Part shown: piece by piece, positions 27,104-32,000 of the stretch
How the letters are laid out: each line of letters begins with the position of its first letter
Numbering within the stretch: position 1 is the first letter of the stretch
Source of the DNA: Candidatus Nitrospira inopinata
GTDB taxonomy: Bacteria; Nitrospirota; Nitrospiria; Nitrospirales; Nitrospiraceae
DNA length: 32,000 nt
Assembly (NCBI RefSeq): GCF_001458695.1
Contig: NZ_LN885086.1
Coordinates: 60,001-92,000 of the forward strand
Direction of reading: 5' to 3'
Notes under the pieces: model-generated
Databases searched by the model: none
What the model was told of the DNA's origin: nothing
Seen by the model: only the letters and a program-made list of their open reading frames with translations
Made by a program: the position numbers and the translations under genes

Positions 27104-28315
27104 TCAGAATGTCAGCGCTCGAACCCGATGATTGAACGTATCGGCGACCACCACCCGTCCATTGTGATCGACCGCGATGCCGAACGGATAGTTGAGGCTT
27201 GCCTGTAACGCCGATCCGCCGTCGCCGGAGAAGGCCGGGGTCCCCACTCCGGCCGTTCGCTCGATCTTGCCCGTCGCCCGGCTCCATCGGCGCACCAGGT
27301 GGTTGTCAGAATCCGTGATGAACACGTTGCCATCCCCGTCCGCCGCAATGCCGACCGGCCTCGACAAGCTGACCGATGGCGTCTCATGTTCGCCTTCGTA
27401 TCGGTATTCGCCGCCGTCCCCCGCCGCCGTTCGAATCAGGCCCGTCGCAGGATTGACCGCGCGAATCCTGCCGTTGAAAGTATCCGCGATGAAGAGCGTG
27501 CCGTCATCGGCACAAGCCAACCCGCTCGGCCCGGCCAGAGCGGCTTCCGTGGCCGGTCTCTCGTCTCCATTGTACAAAGCCGTCCCGTTCCCCGCCACCG
27601 TGCGGATCAGCCCGGTTTTCAGATCGATCGCTCGAACTCGGTGGTTGCCCTGGTCGGCCACGTATAACACTCCTCTCCCGTCCAGGGCCAAGGCGGCCGG
27701 TTCATTGAGCCCCGCAGCGACGGCGGGCCCGCCGTCGCCGCAATATCGAGGCTGGCCCAGTCCGGCGATCGTCGTGATCACCCCGTTGGCGGCGTCGACC
27801 AAACGGATGCGATGGTTCAACGTATCGGCAATGTACACATTCCCTTGGGCGTCCGCGACAACCGCCGTTGGAAAATTCAATCTGGCGCGCAGGGCCGGCC
27901 CGCCGTCGCCGCCGAATCGACTCGGCGCCGTCGCTCTCGCCACAACGTACCGGATCGTTCCGCTTATGTCGGTCTGCTGCCGATAGTTCGGTGAAGCCGC
28001 TCCTCCCTCGGCAAAGGGGTCTTCTTCCGGCGAACGCCGGGCTTCTGCGTCGAGACCGGCGTCCCGCGCCGCTCCTTCCACGTCGGCCATGTCGGCGACG
28101 CCGGCGATCGTCGAGATCAGGCCGGTGTCTCGATCGATTCGCCGCACGACATGGTTTTCAGAATCGGCGATCAGGATGTTCCCTTGAGCATCCACTCCCA
28201 CCCCCTTCGGTTCATTCAAGGAGGCGAAGCGCGCGGGACCTCCGTCTCCCCCATAGGTGGGTTCTCCGGTTCCGGCAAGGGTCCGAATGGTCCACAGCCC
28301 CACGGTCGATGGCAT
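27104..28315 (-). CDS. NHL-repeat six-bladed beta-propeller protein, with no signal peptide or additional domain
   Basis: 403 aa. There are six copies of the pattern GDGGPA..A.LN.P.G.A.D..GN..IAD..NH.IR..D..TG.I.T.AG. About 60 aa of acidic/Ala-rich insert (ADMADVEGAARDAGLDAEARRSPEEDPFAEGGAASP...) sit between blades 1 and 2. The protein starts directly in blade 1 (MPSTVGLWTIRTLAGTGEPTYGGDGGPA). The SD is weak. Confidence 0.8.
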   Translation of the reverse strand: MPSTVGLWTIRTLAGTGEPTYGGDGGPARFASLNEPKGVGVDAQGNILIADSENHVVRRIDRDTGLISTIAGVADMADVEGAARDAGLDAEARRSPEEDPFAEGGAASPNYRQQTDISGTIRYVVARATAPSRFGGDGGPALRARLNFPTAVVADAQGNVYIADTLNHRIRLVDAANGVITTIAGLGQPRYCGDGGPAVAAGLNEPAALALDGRGVLYVADQGNHRVRAIDLKTGLIRTVAGNGTALYNGDERPATEAALAGPSGLACADDGTLFIADTFNGRIRAVNPATGLIRTAAGDGGEYRYEGEHETPSVSLSRPVGIAADGDGNVFITDSDNHLVRRWSRATGKIERTAGVGTPAFSGDGGSALQASLNYPFGIAVDHNGRVVVADTFNHRVRALTF

Positions 28316-28332
28316 ACGAATCCGCGATGACG

Positions 28333-29406
28333 CTAGCTCAAATTGCGAAGGATGATATCCCCCATTTCGGCTGTCCCGACAATCTTGGCGCCGGGACTTT
28401 GGATGTCCCTAGTCCGATACCCCAGATCGAGCGTCTTCACAATCGCCCGCTCAATGGCATCGGCCTCTTTATCTAGACGAAACGCATAGGACAGCATCAT
28501 GGCGGCGGACGCGATCATCGCGATCGGATTGGCGACATTCTGGCCGGCGATGTCCGGGGCACTGCCGTGGATGGGCTCGAACAGACCGACCGCGGCGCCC
28601 AGACTCGCGGATGGCAACATGCCGATGGAGCCGGTCAGCATCGCCGCCTCGTCGCTCAGGATGTCGCCGAACATGTTATTGCAGAGAAGCACGTCGAATT
28701 GTCTGGGGTTGCGCACCAACTGCATGGCGGCATTGTCCACGTACATGTGGGTCAACTCGACGTCCGGATATCCCTTATGCACGTCGGTGACCACCTTTCG
28801 CCATAATTCCGAGGACTCCAAGACGTTCGCCTTGTCCACCGACGTCACTTTCTTGCGGCGTTTCCGCGCCGCCTCGAACGCCACCTTTGCGATGCGCCTG
28901 ACTTCTTCGGTCGTATAGACCTCCGTATTGATGCCGCGCTCTTCTCCGTCCGGCAATCGCTCGATGCCCTTGGGCTTGCCGAAATAAATGCCGCCTGTGA
29001 GCTCCCGAACCACGAGGATATCGATTCCCTCGACGACGTCGCGTTTCAATGACGAGGCATCCGCGAGGCTGGGATAGACCTTGGCGGGACGAAGATTGGC
29101 GTACAGCCCCAACGCTTCCCGAATACCGAGCAACGCGCGCTCCGGTCTGCGGGCATACTCAAGCCCCTCCCACTTGGGGCCTCCGACGGCTCCCAACAAC
29201 ACGGCGTCGCTTTGTTTCGCAAGCGACAACGTCTCATCCGGCAAGGGGACCCCCGCCTTGTCGATCGCCTGGCCGCCGATGTCGGCCGACACAAACTCAA
29301 AGGAATGGTGATAGGCATCCCCTATCGCCTTGAGAATTTTCACCGCCTCCGGAACAATCTCCCGCCCCACCCCGTCGCCGGCCAACACCGCGATCTTCGC
29401 TTTCAC
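28333..29406 (-). CDS. leuB: 3-isopropylmalate dehydrogenase
   Basis: Start placed at GTG 29406, with AAGGAG 8 nt upstream, giving [17 protein letters not shown] (357 aa). The track start at 29415 is another GTG. Motifs [26 protein letters not shown] and [15 protein letters not shown]. Confidence 0.95.
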   Translation of the reverse strand: MKAKIAVLAGDGVGREIVPEAVKILKAIGDAYHHSFEFVSADIGGQAIDKAGVPLPDETLSLAKQSDAVLLGAVGGPKWEGLEYARRPERALLGIREALGLYANLRPAKVYPSLADASSLKRDVVEGIDILVVRELTGGIYFGKPKGIERLPDGEERGINTEVYTTEEVRRIAKVAFEAARKRRKKVTSVDKANVLESSELWRKVVTDVHKGYPDVELTHMYVDNAAMQLVRNPRQFDVLLCNNMFGDILSDEAAMLTGSIGMLPSASLGAAVGLFEPIHGSAPDIAGQNVANPIAMIASAAMMLSYAFRLDKEADAIERAIVKTLDLGYRTRDIQSPGAKIVGTAEMGDIILRNLS

Positions 29407-29450
29407 GTCGCGCACTCCTTCTTGAGAATGATCAATGTGATGACTCGTCT

Positions 29451-29813
29451 CTATTCCAGTATGGTTTCATCCTCGATCCTCCAGGCGGGATCGACCAGAC
29501 AGAGAAACTCCAACTCGTCGTTCCCGGTGTTTTCCAACCACTGGTTGCCCCCTGGTGGCACGTAGACGACCGACCCGGCTTGAACCGAACGGGTCTCCGA
29601 ATCGACTGTCAATCGGCCTTTCCCCGCGATGAAGTAATAGACTTCCGACGACGACAGCACGTGCCGTTTTGACCGGCCGCCGGCCGCCAGCCGGCCGTGA
29701 GCCAGGCTGTATCGAAGCGCCAGATTCTCTTTCGCGGGATGCAGCAGCTCCCGGAGCACCGTATGGTCTCCGGCCAAAAACTCCCGGCACTCCGTAAGGG
29801 TCTTCTTGACCAT
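29451..29813 (-). CDS. Cupin-domain protein (cupin_2-like)
   Basis: 120 aa from ATG 29813. The track ORF starts at TTG 29849, directly abutting the upstream hairpin and T-tract. The single cupin barrel shows [53 protein letters not shown]. Specific function unknown. Confidence 0.7.
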   Translation of the reverse strand: MVKKTLTECREFLAGDHTVLRELLHPAKENLALRYSLAHGRLAAGGRSKRHVLSSSEVYYFIAGKGRLTVDSETRSVQAGSVVYVPPGGNQWLENTGNDELEFLCLVDPAWRIEDETILE

Positions 29814-29849
29814 AAAAGAAGAAGCCGCCTCTGGAACCGTTTCTGTCAA

Positions 29850-29887
29850 CCAAAGCGCAAAACGGCCGTCACTTTAGTCCGGCCGTT
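29850..29887 (-). terminator. Candidate intrinsic terminator/attenuator between leuA and the cupin gene
   Basis: Minus strand, 4 nt after the leuA TGA: AACGGCCG-gactaaagtga-CGGCCGTT, followed by TTGCGCTTTGG. The stem is 8 bp (29887..29880 pairs with 29868..29861). The U-tract is interrupted, so it would be weak or partial. Confidence 0.4.
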
Positions 29888-29890
29888 CGG

Positions 29891-31438
29891 TCAAATCAAG
29901 CGGGCCTTCTGCGCCTCATCCGCCTGTTTAGGCGTCAAACAGGCCAGCCGATTCAGGGCGTTGAGATAGGCCCGGGCAGCCGCCAGGATGATATCGGTAT
30001 CCGAGCCGTGGCCCGACACGGTCCGTCCGTTTTCCTGAAGTCGCACCGAGACCTCGCCTTGGGCGTCCGTTCCGCCGGTGAGGGCGTTGACCGCGAACAT
30101 CACCAGCGTGCTTTTCGTCTGAGTCATGGCCGCGATGGTCCGATACACGGCGTCCACCGGTCCGTCGCCGGTTCCCGACTGTTTCACCGGCCGGCCGTCG
30201 ATCTCCAGTTCAACCGTCGCCGTGGGAATTCGACCGGTCCCGGTCTCCAAGTGAAACGACTTGAGCACGATCCGCTCCCCCATCTTGGCCAGTTCGTCCG
30301 AGACGATCGCCTCAAGATCTTCCTCGTAAATCTCCTTCTTTTGATCGGCGAGTCGTTTGAACCGCTCAAATGCGCGGTTGATTTCCTCGTCGCTCAGGCG
30401 ATAGCCCAGCTCCTCCAACCGCTGTCGAAAGGCGTGCCGTCCCGAGAGCTTGCCCATCACCATTCGGCTCTCGACAAGACCGATCGATTCCGGCCGCATG
30501 ATTTCGTAGGTGGTTTTCTCCTTGAGCAATCCATCTTGATGAATGCCCGAACTGTGCGCGAACGCGTTGGCCCCGACGACGGCCTTGTTCGGCTGCACCA
30601 CCATGCCGGTGATCTTGCTGACGAGACGGCTGGTCTTGGCGATCTCTTCCGTCTTGATCCTGGTGTCGGCCTGGTAGAAATCTTTTCTTGTGCGGAGCCC
30701 CATAACGATCTCTTCCAATGCCGTATTGCCGGCACGTTCTCCGATCCCGTTGATCGTGCACTCCACCTGCCCCGCTCCGTTGACGACGGCCGCCAGACTG
30801 TTGGCCACGGCAAGGCCCAGGTCGTTGTGGCAATGGACGGAGATGACCGCCTGCTTGACGTTGGGCACCTTCTCACAGATTCCTTTGATCAACGCTCCGA
30901 ATTCCTGCGGAATCGCATATCCCACCGTGTCGGGGATATTGACCGTCCCGGCTCCCGCCGCGATGACCGCCTCGATGACCTCGTACAAGTAGGCCGGATC
31001 GGACCGGCTGGCGTCCATGGGCGAAAATTCCACGTCATCGACATAGCCCCTCGCCCGTTGGACCATTTCCACCGCTCGCTTCTTGGCCTCCTCGCGCGTC
31101 ATCCGAAACTGATATTTGAGATGGATGTCGGAGGTCGATAAAAACGTATGGATGCGGGCCCTCGGCGCCCCCTTGAGCGCTTCCCACGCCCGATCGATGT
31201 CTTCCGGGCGGGCGCGGGCCAGGCTGCAGATGATCGGCCCCTCGACCTCCTGTGCAATCCGCCGCACCGCCTCGAAATCGCCGAGAGAACTGTACGCAAA
31301 GCCGGCCTCGATCACGTCGACTCCCAGACGGGCCAGTTGCTTGGCCACCATCAATTTTTCTTCCACGTTCATGCTGGCGCCGGGCGATTGCTCGCCGTCC
31401 CGCAACGTCGTATCGAATATGCGTATCATGCGCGTCAT
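29891..31438 (-). CDS. leuA: 2-isopropylmalate synthase
   Basis: Start at ATG 31438 ([23 protein letters not shown]...), 515 aa. The track start at 31480 is a TTG inside the leader. Motifs: HMGL-like TIM barrel ([26 protein letters not shown]) and the C-terminal LeuA allosteric domain. A Leu-specific T-box upstream supports LeuA over citramalate synthase. Confidence 0.9.
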   Translation of the reverse strand: MTRMIRIFDTTLRDGEQSPGASMNVEEKLMVAKQLARLGVDVIEAGFAYSSLGDFEAVRRIAQEVEGPIICSLARARPEDIDRAWEALKGAPRARIHTFLSTSDIHLKYQFRMTREEAKKRAVEMVQRARGYVDDVEFSPMDASRSDPAYLYEVIEAVIAAGAGTVNIPDTVGYAIPQEFGALIKGICEKVPNVKQAVISVHCHNDLGLAVANSLAAVVNGAGQVECTINGIGERAGNTALEEIVMGLRTRKDFYQADTRIKTEEIAKTSRLVSKITGMVVQPNKAVVGANAFAHSSGIHQDGLLKEKTTYEIMRPESIGLVESRMVMGKLSGRHAFRQRLEELGYRLSDEEINRAFERFKRLADQKKEIYEEDLEAIVSDELAKMGERIVLKSFHLETGTGRIPTATVELEIDGRPVKQSGTGDGPVDAVYRTIAAMTQTKSTLVMFAVNALTGGTDAQGEVSVRLQENGRTVSGHGSDTDIILAAARAYLNALNRLACLTPKQADEAQKARLI

Positions 31439-31520
31439 CGTACCACCCCCATTGCCGCCGATCGCCGGCTTGTTTTCCAACCGGTGTGTGCTTCTCCGCC
31501 GGCCGGACGAATTGAGCCGT

Positions 31521-31565
31521 CAAATAAAATGCCTTCGCCCCTCTTCATTGATCAGGGACGAAGGC
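31521..31565 (-). terminator. Intrinsic terminator of the leuA T-box leader
   Basis: Minus strand: GCCTTCGtCCCTgatcaatgaagAGGGgCGAAGGC (31565..31531), followed by ATTTTATTTG (31530..31521). The 5' arm (CUUCGUCCCU) is also the 3' strand of the alternative antiterminator. Confidence 0.85.
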
Positions 31566-31775
31566 TTGACGCGCTCCGTGGTACCACCCTGTTTCGGCAC
31601 CGGTCGGTTCCCTGATCGGCGCCCTTCATTGCAGCCCGTCACGGGGGCCAGGCGGAACCCGCTACTCGAAGTTCACGGATTCTGGCTCGGAGGCGAGTTC
31701 GGCGACGTGTCGATTGGCTCGCACCATCCGCCAACTCTCTCGGACGACACGGCTCGCCTACTACTCCTCGTCACT
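31521..31775 (-). promoter_or_regulatory. T-box riboswitch leader (tRNA-Leu responsive, specifier codon CUC) controlling leuA
   Basis: Read on the minus strand. Stem I has AGUA (31765..31762), AGAGAG (31740..31735) and the distal GGUGCGAG (31725..31718). The 3' side of the specifier loop reads GAA-CUC-G, with CUC at 31697..31695. Two CCGUGA F-box-like elements follow. The T-box motif AAACAGGGUGGUACCACGG is at 31594..31576. The antiterminator can be drawn canonically: helix AGGG/CCCU, the 7-nt bulge UGGUACC, and helix ACGGAG/CUUCGU. UGGU would pair with an ACCA 3' end (discriminator A, as in tRNA-Leu). It is mutually exclusive with the terminator at 31565..31531. Confidence 0.85.
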
Positions 31776-31826
31776 GCCCTTTCCGGGACAACGTTTTCTC
31801 CCCTTTTCTTTCCTGCCGGTATCTTC

Positions 31827-32000
31827 TCACGCCTTCGATTCCGGCTCCGGCAATTCGGTCTTGGCGACTCCCTTCTTGCCGGCCGCCCGCACGATCAATC
31901 CCGCCAGCTTCTCGACCGGTCCCAACAACGCGTAGCCCGCAAAGACCACGAACAACATGACCGGCGGCCACGCCGTCACCATCATTAACCCAAGAATCCC
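31827..32000 (-). CDS. C-terminal 57 codons of a membrane protein, truncated by the right edge; possibly a CDP-alcohol phosphatidyltransferase (PssA-like)
   Basis: Not in the ORF track. The minus-strand frame from 32000 reads GILGLMMVTAWPPVMLFVVFAGYALLGPVEKLAGLIVRAAGKKGVAKTELPEPESKA, with TGA at 31829..31827. GC3-rich codon usage and a hydrophobic helix followed by a basic tail. The functional guess rests only on my recollection of psd-pssA-leuA synteny in some lineages (e.g. Geobacter). Confidence 0.4.
   Translation of the reverse strand, partial: GILGLMMVTAWPPVMLFVVFAGYALLGPVEKLAGLIVRAAGKKGVAKTELPEPESKA

Overview
GC-rich bacterial chromosomal window, almost entirely coding, with 29 of 31 CDS on the minus strand. 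No rRNA, tRNA, CRISPR, IS element, integrase or recognisable defence or toxin system was found.

Left end (1-7.5 kb): the signal peptide and N-terminus of a hydroxylamine oxidoreductase (HAO)-like octahaem protein, truncated by the window edge. Immediately upstream of it on the minus strand lies a complete, translationally coupled System I cytochrome c maturation operon, ccmABCDEFGHI.

7.5-9.6 kb: a small accessory stretch holding a DUF1269 membrane protein, the lipocalin Blc, and a SnoaL/DUF4440-like gene broken by one in-frame TAG.

9.6-31.5 kb: ordinary core genes. These are pilT, topA, dprA, rng, rodA-mrdA-mreDCB, an RDD protein, a short PpiD/SurA-N-like chaperone, queA, a SpoIID/LytB protein, DUF2905, asd, a leaderless six-blade NHL-repeat protein, leuB, a cupin and leuA.

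The best non-coding feature is a complete T-box leader upstream of leuA. It has a CUC (Leu) specifier, the T-box motif, a canonical antiterminator and an intrinsic terminator.

I did not find a convincing novel multi-gene system. The points most worth follow-up:
- the hao-ccm module sitting next to core genes that do not look betaproteobacterial (comammox-Nitrospira-like, by inference only)
- the T-box
- the nonsense-disrupted SnoaL-like gene
- a 35-nt near-perfect palindrome in the ccmA/DUF1269 divergent spacer
- the NHL and cupin insertions in the leuA-leuB-asd cluster

All homology statements come from recognising the translated sequences by eye or from memory and need database confirmation.
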